Below, piece by piece: positions 36,484-46,382 of a stretch of DNA of 50,134 nt. Source of the stretch: an uncultured bacterium (GTDB lineage Bacteria; Desulfobacterota; JADFVX01); assembly GCA_965372635.1 (NCBI GenBank), contig CBDVDA010000002.1, forward strand, positions 1-50,134, given 5' to 3'. The translations under genes and the position numbers were made by a program. The notes under the pieces are model-generated. The model was not told where the DNA came from. It worked only from the letters and a program-made list of their open reading frames with translations, and searched no databases. How positions within the stretch are numbered: the stretch's first letter is position 1; every line of letters starts with the position of its first letter.

Positions 36484-36512
36484 AATCTAACATTCCACCC
36501 GGTCAATGTCAA
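36484..36512 (-). promoter_or_regulatory. Candidate sigma70-type promoter for Che module 2
   Basis: The minus strand reads TTGACA (36512-36507), a 17-nt spacer, then TAGATT (36489-36484). It lies about 80 nt upstream of the ATG at 36404. This is a pattern match only. Confidence 0.35.
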
Positions 36513-36572
36513 TCATCAAATCCCCTTTATCCCCCCCCTCACATAGGGGTGACTGACTGCACTCCGGCAGGA

Positions 36573-37190
36573 CTATTCTTCGATCCCAAGGGAGCTGTAA
36601 TCGCCTGCCCCTTTTCTTAGCAGTTCCGGCAGGTCTCCCGTCAGATCAATCACCGTCGAGGCATCTCCCACAAGAATTCCCCCGTCGATGGTCACATCGA
36701 GGTGTTTACCGAAGAAAGTTTCAATATCCAGGGGGTCGCAAAGCACCTCCCCGCCCGAGAGATTAGCGCTTGTACTCACGATGGGGTTTTCGAGCGCCTT
36801 TACGAGAGCGAGAGCGATGGGATTGTCGGGTACCCGGATACCCACCGTCTTCCGTTTCGGCATGAGCGATTTCGGCACATAGCTGGACGCCTCCAGCACG
36901 AAGGTATAGGGACCGGGCAGGAGACGTTTCATTATCCTGTAGGCCGAGTTGGAAACCTTGGCGAAACGGCTGATATGGCTGAGATCGGCACAGACGAAAC
37001 TGAGCGGCTTTTTGGGGTCCCGCCCTTTAAGCGCATAGATACGATCGAGCGCCTTTTTGTTGAAGATATCGCAGCCGACCCCGTAAATCGTGTCGGTGGG
37101 GTAGGCGACTACTCCACCCTTTTTAAGGAGGTCGGCCACCTTCCGGATGAGCCTCTCCTGTGGGTTTTCAGAATTGATATGGAGCAACAT
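36573..37190 (-). CDS. tsaC: L-threonylcarbamoyladenylate synthase (TsaC/YrdC family)
   Basis: 205 aa. VVAYPTDTIYGVGCD, LKGRDPKKPLS and STSANLSG are characteristic of the family. Confidence 0.85.
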   Translation of the reverse strand: MLLHINSENPQERLIRKVADLLKKGGVVAYPTDTIYGVGCDIFNKKALDRIYALKGRDPKKPLSFVCADLSHISRFAKVSNSAYRIMKRLLPGPYTFVLEASSYVPKSLMPKRKTVGIRVPDNPIALALVKALENPIVSTSANLSGGEVLCDPLDIETFFGKHLDVTIDGGILVGDASTVIDLTGDLPELLRKGAGDYSSLGIEE

Positions 37191-37344
37191 TTGTCCGTCT
37201 CCTGCAAACGGGCCGGGAAAGATACTCCAACTCCCGGCAGCCTGATTTTAGAAAAATGAGATTATATGTTGAACGGCGCTATTTTACAAGTGCAGAGGGG
37301 GGATAATACAGGGACTTTCGTATTTAGCCTGGACTTTGATTTAT

Positions 37345-37454
37345 ACCACAGAGGCACGGAGCCACAGAGAAAAGACATGAAATTCTCTTTATCAGAAAAA
37401 AAACATCTGTTTGAGATGATATATAGATTCTCTGTGTCTCTGTGTCTCTGTGGT
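37345..37454. repeat. 110-bp element with 27-bp imperfect terminal inverted repeats
   Basis: The arms are accacagaggcacggagccacagagaa (37345-37371) and ttctctgtgtctctgtgtctctgtggt (37428-37454). They are complementary at 24 of 27 positions. Confidence 0.6.
37396..37418 (-). terminator. Candidate intrinsic terminator of the sdh operon, inside the inverted-repeat element
   Basis: The minus strand reads CATCT-CAAAC-AGATG followed by TTTTTTTT. The stem is short, but the U-run is clean. It lies about 80 nt after the stop at 37496. Confidence 0.4.
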
Positions 37455-37495
37455 TAGAAAAGAACTTTATTTGGCGACAAAATAATTTTACTATC

Positions 37496-38374
37496 CTACC
37501 CGGCGAGCACGGCCTCGACGACCGCCTGGGGAGAAACAAGATGCTTTTTGAAACTCAGTTTTCCCACCTCCACACCGAGAGCGAGGGCAACCAACTGGGC
37601 CACGTTGAATATTGGAAGCTGGGTCTTTCTTTTAAAAAGTTTTTCCGCCTCCCCCTGGTAGGCATCGAGAGAAATATCGCAGAGCGTGCAGGGCGTCACC
37701 ATGCAATCTGCCCCTCTCTCCTTCGCCTCCTGGACCCGTTTCCCAGTCGACTTGAGCGACGCCCGTTCATTGACGAGAAGGGTGTGAAATCCGCAACAGC
37801 GAGTCTTTCCCCGGTATTCGACGGGCGTTCCCCCGAGCGCCTTGATGAGAAGGTCCAGCGATTTAGGATTTCGCGGGTCTTCGAAACCGAGGATCTCGCC
37901 CGGCCTTAAGGTATGACACCCGTAAAAGGCGGCCACGTTCAGCATATCGAGGGGCCGTTTCACATACCCTTTTACCTTTTCCAGCCCATAATCCTTCACG
38001 AGCACCCAGAGAAGGTGGGTCATCTTCACCCCTCCTTTATACTCCATGCCTACCTCTCTCAAAACCAGGTTGGTCCGCTCCAGAAGAGCCGGGTCGGATT
38101 GAAGATCGTGGTTGATCTTGGCCATCGTCTGGAGACAGGTGCTGCAAATGGTCATGATATCGAGGCCCATCTCCTCGGCGATGGCGAATATGCGCGCATT
38201 AATGACGTAGCTCAACTCCTCGTTCGCCTCATCGAGACATCCCGCGCCGCAGCAGGTGGCGTTTTTCATCTCCACCAGTTCGATGCCGAGAATACCGGAC
38301 ACGAGCCGGGTCGCCTCGTCGGCCTCCTTCATGATCGCCTCTGCAGCGCAGCCGGGGTAATAGGCGTACTTCAT
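37496..38374 (-). CDS. CCG-domain (HdrB-like) subunit of succinate dehydrogenase/fumarate reductase (SdhE/type E third subunit)
   Basis: 292 aa. The first Cys-rich region is YYPGC...ATCCGAG. The second is FYGCH...KTRCCGFH...PCTLC. The start overlaps the sdhB stop by 4 nt. Confidence 0.75.
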   Translation of the reverse strand: MKYAYYPGCAAEAIMKEADEATRLVSGILGIELVEMKNATCCGAGCLDEANEELSYVINARIFAIAEEMGLDIMTICSTCLQTMAKINHDLQSDPALLERTNLVLREVGMEYKGGVKMTHLLWVLVKDYGLEKVKGYVKRPLDMLNVAAFYGCHTLRPGEILGFEDPRNPKSLDLLIKALGGTPVEYRGKTRCCGFHTLLVNERASLKSTGKRVQEAKERGADCMVTPCTLCDISLDAYQGEAEKLFKRKTQLPIFNVAQLVALALGVEVGKLSFKKHLVSPQAVVEAVLAG

Positions 38375-39309
38375 TTCTTTATCCCCATTAGTTTGTAGAT
38401 CTTTTCGATCTCCTCCTGCCCTTGAATGTCCTTCAGTATAGGGAAGGGAACCTTCCCCTTCATCTGCATTCGAAGCGCCATCGGTATCATTCCGAGAGAA
38501 CGGAGTACGCCCACCGTTTTGAGCGGTATCGTCGCCTCGTTCAATTTACCGTGACTTTTGATGTCCGACTGGAAGGCCATCACGTGCCTCACGCCCGGAT
38601 TATCCACCACACCCGCTTTGATCGCCTCCTGCCGGATGCGGACGATCTGATCGAGGGGACGCACATCCTTGGGGCACCTGTCGATGCATAAGTTGCATCG
38701 CGTGCAGTCCCAGACATTGGCGTCTTCGCTGAGGAGTTCGAGCCTCTCCTGCCGGATGGAATCTCTCCCGTCAGCCACGAACTTCCACCCCTTGGCGAGC
38801 GCCGCAGGGCCCATGAAATTATCGTCCGTCTCACGTATGGTGCAGTCGCCGAAACAACTGCCGCACATGATGCAGTTGGAGGATTCATCCAGTTTCTGTA
38901 CCTCTTCGGCGGAAACAACGTTTTCCTTTTCCCCTTCCGGCTCCTTCGGTTCCAGCCAGGGGATCGTCTTTTCAATCTCGTACCAGAAAGGGGAGAAATT
39001 CACAACCAGGTCTTTCACAACGGGCATATTGCCGAGGGGCTCCACGTGGAGTTCCTTATCGCCCCACTTGATGTCGGAGAGGGGGGTCTTGCAGGCGAGT
39101 ATGGCCGTGCCGTTTACGGTGACGGCGCAGGAGCCGCAGATGGCGCTCCGGCAGGACCGCCTAAAGGTGAGCGTGCCGTCCTGCTCTTCCTTTATCTTAA
39201 TAAGGGCGTCGAGGATGGTGGCGTTCTCGCCGATATCGAGGTTGAATGCCTGCATGTAGGCATCGTCCATCGACTCGGGATCGAAACGCTGTATAAATAT
39301 TTTCTTCAT
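38371..39309 (-). CDS. sdhB: Succinate dehydrogenase/fumarate reductase iron-sulfur subunit
   Basis: 312 aa. The 2Fe-2S motif is RRSCRSAICGSCAV. The ferredoxin-type clusters are CIMCGSCFGDC and CTRCNLCIDRCP. Confidence 0.88.
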   Translation of the reverse strand: MKKIFIQRFDPESMDDAYMQAFNLDIGENATILDALIKIKEEQDGTLTFRRSCRSAICGSCAVTVNGTAILACKTPLSDIKWGDKELHVEPLGNMPVVKDLVVNFSPFWYEIEKTIPWLEPKEPEGEKENVVSAEEVQKLDESSNCIMCGSCFGDCTIRETDDNFMGPAALAKGWKFVADGRDSIRQERLELLSEDANVWDCTRCNLCIDRCPKDVRPLDQIVRIRQEAIKAGVVDNPGVRHVMAFQSDIKSHGKLNEATIPLKTVGVLRSLGMIPMALRMQMKGKVPFPILKDIQGQEEIEKIYKLMGIKK

Positions 39310-39318
39310 TTCACAACC

Positions 39319-40998
39319 TCAGTACTTTCGCTCGGTTGGTTCATATTTGGTAAAAGATACGTCGCTGTAGTCGAGGCGGACGCCCTCCCCGTCTTTTGTA
39401 GCCACCGTATGCTTCATCCACTTCTCATCGTCCCGGCCTGGGAAATCTATCCGCCAGTGTGCGCCGCGGCACTCCTCTCTCGCCAGCGCCCCCTCGACGA
39501 TCACTCCGGCAAGGGAGAGCAGGTTTCCTACTTCCAGTGCCTCGATGAGGTCCGTATTGAAGGTTTTTCCTTTATCCTGGATGGCGACCTTTTTGTATCT
39601 CTCTTTAAGCTTCGCCACCTCTTCCTGTGCATTTTCGAGTTTTGCCTTTTCCCTGTAGACGCCCACGTCGCGGTTCATAAGAACTTGCAGTTCCAACCGG
39701 ATTTTCGGGTAGGACTCGCCGTCCGTCCGGTTCAGGAGATTTCCCACGTCGAAGGCGGCGTCTTCGAGGGCCTCTTCGTCCCACGCTTGAAGTTTCTTTT
39801 CACGCGCATATCTCGCCGCTGCCGCACCGACGCGACGACCGAAAACAACCGCTTCGAGGAGAGAATTGCCGCCGAGACGGTTCGCGCCATGCACACTGAC
39901 GCAGGCCGACTCGCCTGCCGCAAAAAAACCGTCTACGGTAGATGCGCCGTTTACGTCCGCCTTGATTCCTCCCATGGAATAGTGGGCTCCGGGCCGGATC
40001 GGGATAGGCGCTTCGATGGGATCCACTCCTTCGAACTGGATGCTCAGTTCCCTGATCTGGGGGAGCAGTTCGAGAATTTTCTCTTTGCCGAGATGGCGGA
40101 TGTCGAGATGGACGCAGCCGTCGATCCCACGCCCTTCGTTGATTTCCGTCTGCTCCGACCGGGAGACTACGTCACGGCTCGCCAGTTCCATGGCGTTTGG
40201 CGCATATTTTTTCATGAACCGCTCGCCGTCGGAATTGAGGAGGTAGCCCCCTTCACCGCGCGCCGCTTCGGAGATAAGGACGCCCGTACTTTTCAGAGTG
40301 GTTGGATGAAATTGGACAAACTCCATATCCATGAGCGGCACCCCGGCGTGATAGGCGAGCGCCATGCCGTCGCCCGTATTGGCGTGGGCGTTGGAGGAAT
40401 TGAAAAAGACCCGGCCATAGCCCCCGGTGGCGAAGATGACCGCCTTCGCCCGAATCCGGTGGAGCTTGCCGCTTAGCAGGTTGATAGCGACAACCCCGCG
40501 CGTAACCCCCTCTTCAACGACGAGTTTCACTACGTGCCACTCATCGTAGACCATCACCCCTCGCTTCATGATCTGCTCGTAGAGGAGGTGGAGGATGGCG
40601 TGCCCCGTCCGGTCTGCCGCATAGCAGGCCCTCGGGTGGGACGCGCCGCCGAAGGGGCGTTGGGCTATCCGGCCTTTGTCGTCCCGCGAAAAGATCGCCC
40701 CCATCCGCTCCAGTTCGTAGATGTCGTCCGGCGCCTCGCGGCACATGATCTCGATCGCCTCCTGGTCGCCGATATAGTCGCTCCCCTTCACCGTATCGAA
40801 GGTATGGCTCTCAATCGAATCTTCGGCGGCATTGCCGAGCGCCGCATTGATCCCCCCCTGGGCAGCTCCGGAGTGGCTCCGCACGGGATGCACCTTGCTC
40901 ACAATCGCCACATTGAGGCCCTCTTCCTTCGTCGCCTCGATGGCGGCCCGCATTCCCGCAAGCCCGGCACCGACAATAATCAGATCGTGGACAACCAT
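39319..40998 (-). CDS. sdhA: Succinate dehydrogenase/fumarate reductase flavoprotein subunit
   Basis: 559 aa. FAD-binding [14 protein letters not shown], then [11 protein letters not shown] with the His that takes covalent FAD. HPT, GEGG and VHGANRLG are also present. Confidence 0.92.
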   Translation of the reverse strand: MVVHDLIIVGAGLAGMRAAIEATKEEGLNVAIVSKVHPVRSHSGAAQGGINAALGNAAEDSIESHTFDTVKGSDYIGDQEAIEIMCREAPDDIYELERMGAIFSRDDKGRIAQRPFGGASHPRACYAADRTGHAILHLLYEQIMKRGVMVYDEWHVVKLVVEEGVTRGVVAINLLSGKLHRIRAKAVIFATGGYGRVFFNSSNAHANTGDGMALAYHAGVPLMDMEFVQFHPTTLKSTGVLISEAARGEGGYLLNSDGERFMKKYAPNAMELASRDVVSRSEQTEINEGRGIDGCVHLDIRHLGKEKILELLPQIRELSIQFEGVDPIEAPIPIRPGAHYSMGGIKADVNGASTVDGFFAAGESACVSVHGANRLGGNSLLEAVVFGRRVGAAAARYAREKKLQAWDEEALEDAAFDVGNLLNRTDGESYPKIRLELQVLMNRDVGVYREKAKLENAQEEVAKLKERYKKVAIQDKGKTFNTDLIEALEVGNLLSLAGVIVEGALAREECRGAHWRIDFPGRDDEKWMKHTVATKDGEGVRLDYSDVSFTKYEPTERKY

Positions 40999-41446
40999 TA
41001 ATTTAAAACCTCTTTTTCATTATAAGTTAAGTTTATCAAGAACTGATTCCAAGTCAAGAGATATCTGGGATTAGACTGTTGACAGTCAAATATGTGAAGA
41101 GTTAGAGCTGCTACAGAGCAAGTGTCACAAGAGTTACAGCCCAAGATGTTGGGCGCAATGCCCTCCAGTTATTGCACCCTACCTGGCTAACACTTTCTTC
41201 TTCTGGTGCAATATACGATTATTAGCTGAAAGTGTGATTTTCTTAACCATTCCAAAATGTGAAGATTACACTCCGTAATCGTCAAAAAACCCTTGCAATC
41301 AACAAAGCATATCGTATTATCATAGGGTGACTATCCTCCCGTAAGTGCGGTTTATTAGTAAGCCTTAACGGTTTGTATGTTCTCTGGCGACAATCTATGA
41401 TATATTTTTTTGACATCATCTTCTACAAAGTTGATTGAGGTGACAC

Positions 41447-42820
41447 TTGACTGCAAGAAATGAAAAAAGCTACTCCATGCCAATGCGTAATCTTGTTGTT
41501 ATGGTGGTTTCAATATTTGTCATTGAACTCATTCTAATGTTTTTTCTGAGCTTAGGTGGCTTCCCTCCAATTATTGAAGCTCTGCTTGATGCTGTCCTTC
41601 TTATCGTGTTGGCATCACCCTTTCTTTACTTTTTATTGTATCATCCTTTAATAATTCATATAAATGAACGCAAGAAGGCTGAAGAATACTTAGAATCAGC
41701 TCATGCTTTTTTACAAGACTTGATTAACACCATACCGAATCCAATTTTCTATAAAGATGCATCGGGCCACTATCTTGGATGTAATGAAGCCTTTGAGAAG
41801 TATCTTGGCAAGACAAAAAGTGAAATAGTTGGAAACACTGTGTATGATGTGGCCCCTATAGACTTGGCAGATAAAAACGGGCAGATCGATGATGACTTGT
41901 TTCAAGAGGAAGGGATTCAGGTATACGAAAGTCAATTTTTGCATTCTGATGGAAGCAGACGCAACGTTATCATCAATAAAGCCACTCTTAATAATGCCGA
42001 TGGATCTTTAGGAGGACTCGTTGGCGTAATAATTGACATTACAGATCGCAAACGTATAGAGGTTGATCTTAAAAAATCAAAAAAGGATGCCGATACTGCA
42101 AACAAGGCTAAATCGGATTTTCTTTCTAATATGTCTCACGAGCTGAGAACACCCCTGAATGTCAGTACCGGTTTTTCTGAAATGTTAAAAGATGGCATAG
42201 TCGGGGATATGCCTGAACAACAAAGAGAATTTATCCAGGATATTTACGACAGCTCTTACCATCTCCTTGCCTTAATAAATGACATACTTGATCTTAGCAA
42301 GATAGAATCCGGTAATATGGAAATGAAAATCACAGAAGTGAATTTAAAAAAACTAATAGAAAAAAGTCATTTATTTATAAAAAATAAGCTTTTATCAGGA
42401 GACCTTGAACTGACAATGGAAATAGGTGAAAATGTTGGGGTCATATCTGCCGATAAAAGATTGCTCAAGCAGGTACTGATTAATCTACTTTCAAATGCCG
42501 CTAAATTTACGCCAAAGGGCGGCCAGATTACAGTTGGGGCAGAAAACATAAAAGACAACTCAGGAAATGATAATAGGATTGAAATATTTGTTGAGGACAC
42601 TGGAATAGGAATTAAAAAAGAAGATTTAGTTAAAGTTTTTGAGCCCTTTAAACAGATTGAGTCAGTGTTAACGAAAAAATATCAAGGGACTGGGCTCGGG
42701 CTATCCATCTGCAAAGATATTATTGAAATGCATGGGGGCAGGTTATGGGTTGAAAGCGAATGGGAAAAGGGAAGTAAGTTCATCATTAATCTGCCTGCAC
42801 CCAAAAATCTAAATCTATGA
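41447..42820 (+). CDS. Membrane PAS-domain sensor histidine kinase
   Basis: 457 aa. Two N-terminal TM helices and a PAS region (LINTIPNPIFYKDASGHYLGCNEAFEKYLG). H-box FLSNMSHELRTPL. ATPase motifs NAAKFT, DTGIGI and GTGLGL. A TTG start with GAGGTG upstream is plausible. The alternative in-frame ATG is at 41477. Confidence 0.82.
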   Translation: MTARNEKSYSMPMRNLVVMVVSIFVIELILMFFLSLGGFPPIIEALLDAVLLIVLASPFLYFLLYHPLIIHINERKKAEEYLESAHAFLQDLINTIPNPIFYKDASGHYLGCNEAFEKYLGKTKSEIVGNTVYDVAPIDLADKNGQIDDDLFQEEGIQVYESQFLHSDGSRRNVIINKATLNNADGSLGGLVGVIIDITDRKRIEVDLKKSKKDADTANKAKSDFLSNMSHELRTPLNVSTGFSEMLKDGIVGDMPEQQREFIQDIYDSSYHLLALINDILDLSKIESGNMEMKITEVNLKKLIEKSHLFIKNKLLSGDLELTMEIGENVGVISADKRLLKQVLINLLSNAAKFTPKGGQITVGAENIKDNSGNDNRIEIFVEDTGIGIKKEDLVKVFEPFKQIESVLTKKYQGTGLGLSICKDIIEMHGGRLWVESEWEKGSKFIINLPAPKNLNL

Positions 42821-43222
42821 AAAAACATACAATACTGCTAGTTAATAATGATAAGAATTGATCAGATTACACCATAGATATGGCGCCTGATGTGTTGAGT
42901 GAGTGTCATTTAATATTCAGTTTCAACTCTTTTTCCCGTGATCGTTATTTTTTGCTCATGAAAATTCTGTGCATTAGTAAGTGTGCTAGCTAGGTTGGAG
43001 TGAATTCACAAACCCCAACAAAATAAATTCCTTTCATCATATCCACAAAACTCTTTTTCCGATACTCCACGTTGGCCCCTCAATACCATGAATATGAATG
43101 TTTAAATGTTTGCCAACTCTTTTATCTTTGATTGAAGGGAATTGAATAAATTATTTTAGGATACAGCCTGTAATGTGTAATGATATACTAAGGCACATTA
43201 TGATAGGAGGTAATATTGGCTG

Positions 43223-44560
43223 ATGATTGGTCCCACAATAAAAACAATAATAATTTTAGTTGTCATCTTTATTGGTGCTGCCCTCTATCTCCATAAAGAC
43301 GTCAGCAAAAAATCCGGCTATATCTCATCAGAAGCGTGCAAAGACTGCCACAAACGCCACTATGACGGTTGGAGCAATACTCTCCATCCCAAGATGTTCA
43401 GACCGGTGAAAAGTTCTGACGACATTTTAGGCGATTTCAACTCAAAAGATCCAGCACTGACCTTCGAAAAAAAGGATGTAGAATACGTTGTCGGCAACAA
43501 ATGGGAGCAGGTCTACGTGAGGATGATAGACGGCGAATATTACCCCCTTACCGCCAAGTGGTATATTCAGTTAAACAAATGGGTGCCATTTAAGGTTAAG
43601 GACTGGAAAGAAACCCCCATGTCTCCAAAATGCAACGGTTGCCACACAACAGGGTTCGACCCGGAAACATTTGAGTTCAGTGAATTCGGAATCGGCTGTG
43701 AAGCGTGTCACGGTCCCGGAAACATTCACGTGCAAAACAGGCAAAAAACCGAATACCCTCTGTGCGCCCTATGTCACAGTTCCGACAAGCCCGAAGAAAC
43801 GGACATCATTAACTCTGTAAACAGCGCCGTCTGCGGACAGTGCCATTCGAGAGGGCAAAGCGTAAGAGAGGGTGAAGAAGGAAAGCCCGCCTTCAGCTTC
43901 CCCGTTAACGTAACGCCGGGAGAGGACATAAAAAAATATTTCAACCTCATGAAACCGGATAAGGGGAAGGAGAATAAATTCTGGTGGGGCAACGGCATAT
44001 CGAAAAACAGGCACCAGGAGTTCGCTGACTGGCAAAATTCAAAACATTCCGAATCACTAAGACTGATGAAGGAGAAAGATAATAAGGTACGGGGCAAAAT
44101 GAATGTCCGCTGTCTGAGATGCCACTCTACAGACTATCGCCTTTCCAAAAAAGACAATGTGCCTGATATTGAAACTGCCAGGTTTGGAGTAACCTGCGTA
44201 GCCTGCCATGACCCGCATGGTCTCGACAGGGGCACAAGCTTTAAAAAGGACGGCACCTATGTCTGCGCCGGATGCCATATAGACAGCATCTCTTTTCATT
44301 CCGGCCGCAAAGGGAAGCCCCACTATCCATGTCCGCCGAGCCAGGTTGCCTGCGCGGACTGCCATATGCCCTATATCGTAAAAACAGGAGGTTATTTCAG
44401 TATCAGGAGCCATGCATTCCAGATAATAAAACCTGCCGATGCGGAAGCGCTTGGGATGCCAAGTTCCTGCCAGAACGGAACTTGCCATAAAGACAGGACT
44501 ATAGACTGGGCAAAAATGGAGTTCGACAAATTTTATCCTTCCACGGATAAACCGCTTTAA
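43223..44560 (+). CDS. Membrane-anchored multihaem c-type cytochrome (9 CXXCH plus 1 CX4CH)
   Basis: 445 aa with an N-terminal signal-anchor helix. The canonical haem sites are CKDCH, CNGCH, CEACH, CALCH, CGQCH, CLRCH, CVACH, CAGCH and CADCH. A variant site, CQNGTCH, lies near the C-terminus. Confidence 0.85.
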   Translation: MIGPTIKTIIILVVIFIGAALYLHKDVSKKSGYISSEACKDCHKRHYDGWSNTLHPKMFRPVKSSDDILGDFNSKDPALTFEKKDVEYVVGNKWEQVYVRMIDGEYYPLTAKWYIQLNKWVPFKVKDWKETPMSPKCNGCHTTGFDPETFEFSEFGIGCEACHGPGNIHVQNRQKTEYPLCALCHSSDKPEETDIINSVNSAVCGQCHSRGQSVREGEEGKPAFSFPVNVTPGEDIKKYFNLMKPDKGKENKFWWGNGISKNRHQEFADWQNSKHSESLRLMKEKDNKVRGKMNVRCLRCHSTDYRLSKKDNVPDIETARFGVTCVACHDPHGLDRGTSFKKDGTYVCAGCHIDSISFHSGRKGKPHYPCPPSQVACADCHMPYIVKTGGYFSIRSHAFQIIKPADAEALGMPSSCQNGTCHKDRTIDWAKMEFDKFYPSTDKPL

Positions 44561-44576
44561 AAAGAAGGTCCTGGAT

Positions 44577-46382
44577 GTGAAAAAAATTCCTTTCTACAGG
44601 CGTTTACGGTTCAAGTTTATCTTAGCCTACAGCCTCATTATTTTACTCGGCTCCGTTACTACAGCTTATTTTGTCATTAATATTGTTGATACTGATTTCC
44701 GAAAACTACTATTGAAGCAGTTCAATACCACCATACAAACGACTGAGAACTTCATTGATTTTCTGGGACAGACATCACTTTCGACGGCAAATCATCTGAC
44801 AACAAATGACGACCTGCTGTCATTGGTTACTAAAGATCGCAGAGAGGAGATGGTCGATCATGTTGTCTATCTTATGGAGAGTATCTCGGCGGATACGATT
44901 GTATTGCTCGATCGTGATGGAACAGTTCTGGTCAGGGGACATGATCCGGAGAACTATGGAGACACTCTAAAGTCAATTAGCATTGTGAGGAAGGCGCTGG
45001 TAGAGAAGGTCCCATCCACATCGATTGTGCAGGAACTTCAAAACTTTATGGTCTTTTCCTCCGGCATAATATACGGAGAAGATTCGAAGGAGGTGCGTGG
45101 GGTCATACTGGTCGGCCATTTAATAAATGATGAATTTGTTGAAAATATTAAGAAGAATGTTAACCTGGATATCACCATAGTAAGGGACAGGGCCGTTATG
45201 GCATCAACCCTATATAAGGGAGAAGAACGTATCTCTCTGCTGCCCATACCCTACCTTGAATATCAAATGCTTCTAAGTAACCGCAGCAAAATTATCGAAA
45301 GGACAATAATCGGCACGGAATCTTTTATTGTTGCAAAAAATTTAAGCAGCATGGAGAAGAACATGTCCGGCTCCATACTCATTACCTATCCCCAGGATGA
45401 GCTTATTGCCATAAAGAAAAACATTAAAAGAAAGTTTATCCTCCTTTTCGTCATTGGATTCCTGATAATCCTGTTCCTGGAATATAAACTGTCCCAAAAA
45501 ATCCTGAGTCCCGTCAATGAACTTATCAATATGACAAAAAGAATATCCGAGGAAGAACTCGATGTGAATATCAATATCAATACAAAAGATGAATTCCAAC
45601 TGTTGGCTGATCACTTTAACCGGATGGTCGATTCACTGAAAAAAAAGGACAGGAGATTAAAAGACTATTACGAGAACCTTGAGGAGAAAGTGAAAGAAAG
45701 AACCTCGGCGCTTAAGGCGTCAAACGACCTCAAAGAACTCTTCATGGATATTATGAGCCATGATCTTTTGAATCCGGCCGGTGTTGTAAGAACGTCTTCG
45801 GAAATCCTGTTTGAAGAAGAAAATGAGCCCCATAAGGAGAGATTTCTGGGCCTGATCAGGGATTCATCTTCAGAAATGATACAAACAATCCAGAACCTGG
45901 CTGAATACTCGAAACTTCAATCCACAGATCAACTTGAAAGAAAAACGCGTGATCTCAATGAGGTATTAAAAAAGATTGTCAGTCATTTCGACCATGACAT
46001 AAGAAGCAAAAAATTGAAACTCGGAGACTTTCCAACAGGAGAGTTCAAAGCTGACCTGAATGTGACCATTGAAAATGTCTTTATGAACCTCCTATCAAAT
46101 GCAATCAAATACAGTCATGAGGGAGGTAAAATTGAAATTGACATTCACGGGGAAAGCGGAAACTATTTAGTTACCGTTAAAGACTTCGGATTAGGGGTAC
46201 CGGATAAAGATAAAATGAGGATATTTGAACGTTTCAAACGTTCGGAGACAGGTGGCAATAAAGGGTCCGGCTTGGGGCTTGCCATCGCGAAACGTATAGT
46301 GGACCTTCATGGTGGAAAAATATGGGTTGAAGACAACCCTGAAGGTGGAAGCATATTTTATGTGCGATTGCCAAAAGAGTGA
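44577..46382 (+). CDS. Sensor histidine kinase with a ~260-aa periplasmic (Cache-like?) domain and HAMP
   Basis: 601 aa, with a GTG start 16 nt after the cytochrome stop. TM helices at ILAYSLIILLGSVTTAYFVINIV and FILLFVIGFLIILFL. HAMP region LSPVNELINMTKRIS...HFNRMVDSL. H-box FMDIMSHDLLNP. ATPase motifs NAIKYS, DFGLGV and GSGLGL. Confidence 0.82.
   Translation: MKKIPFYRRLRFKFILAYSLIILLGSVTTAYFVINIVDTDFRKLLLKQFNTTIQTTENFIDFLGQTSLSTANHLTTNDDLLSLVTKDRREEMVDHVVYLMESISADTIVLLDRDGTVLVRGHDPENYGDTLKSISIVRKALVEKVPSTSIVQELQNFMVFSSGIIYGEDSKEVRGVILVGHLINDEFVENIKKNVNLDITIVRDRAVMASTLYKGEERISLLPIPYLEYQMLLSNRSKIIERTIIGTESFIVAKNLSSMEKNMSGSILITYPQDELIAIKKNIKRKFILLFVIGFLIILFLEYKLSQKILSPVNELINMTKRISEEELDVNININTKDEFQLLADHFNRMVDSLKKKDRRLKDYYENLEEKVKERTSALKASNDLKELFMDIMSHDLLNPAGVVRTSSEILFEEENEPHKERFLGLIRDSSSEMIQTIQNLAEYSKLQSTDQLERKTRDLNEVLKKIVSHFDHDIRSKKLKLGDFPTGEFKADLNVTIENVFMNLLSNAIKYSHEGGKIEIDIHGESGNYLVTVKDFGLGVPDKDKMRIFERFKRSETGGNKGSGLGLAIAKRIVDLHGGKIWVEDNPEGGSIFYVRLPKE

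Noticed and set aside
37428-37454. tctctgtg-type short tandem units, considered as a possible CRISPR or microsatellite
   Set aside because: There are only about three degenerate 8-nt units and no repeat-spacer architecture. The sequence is better explained as one arm of the 27-bp inverted repeat.
39046-40476. 476-aa plus-strand ORF
   Set aside because: It lies entirely antisense to the strongly supported sdhA gene. Its sequence is Gly/Ala/Arg/Val-rich with no recognisable motifs. This is a typical shadow ORF of GC-rich coding DNA.
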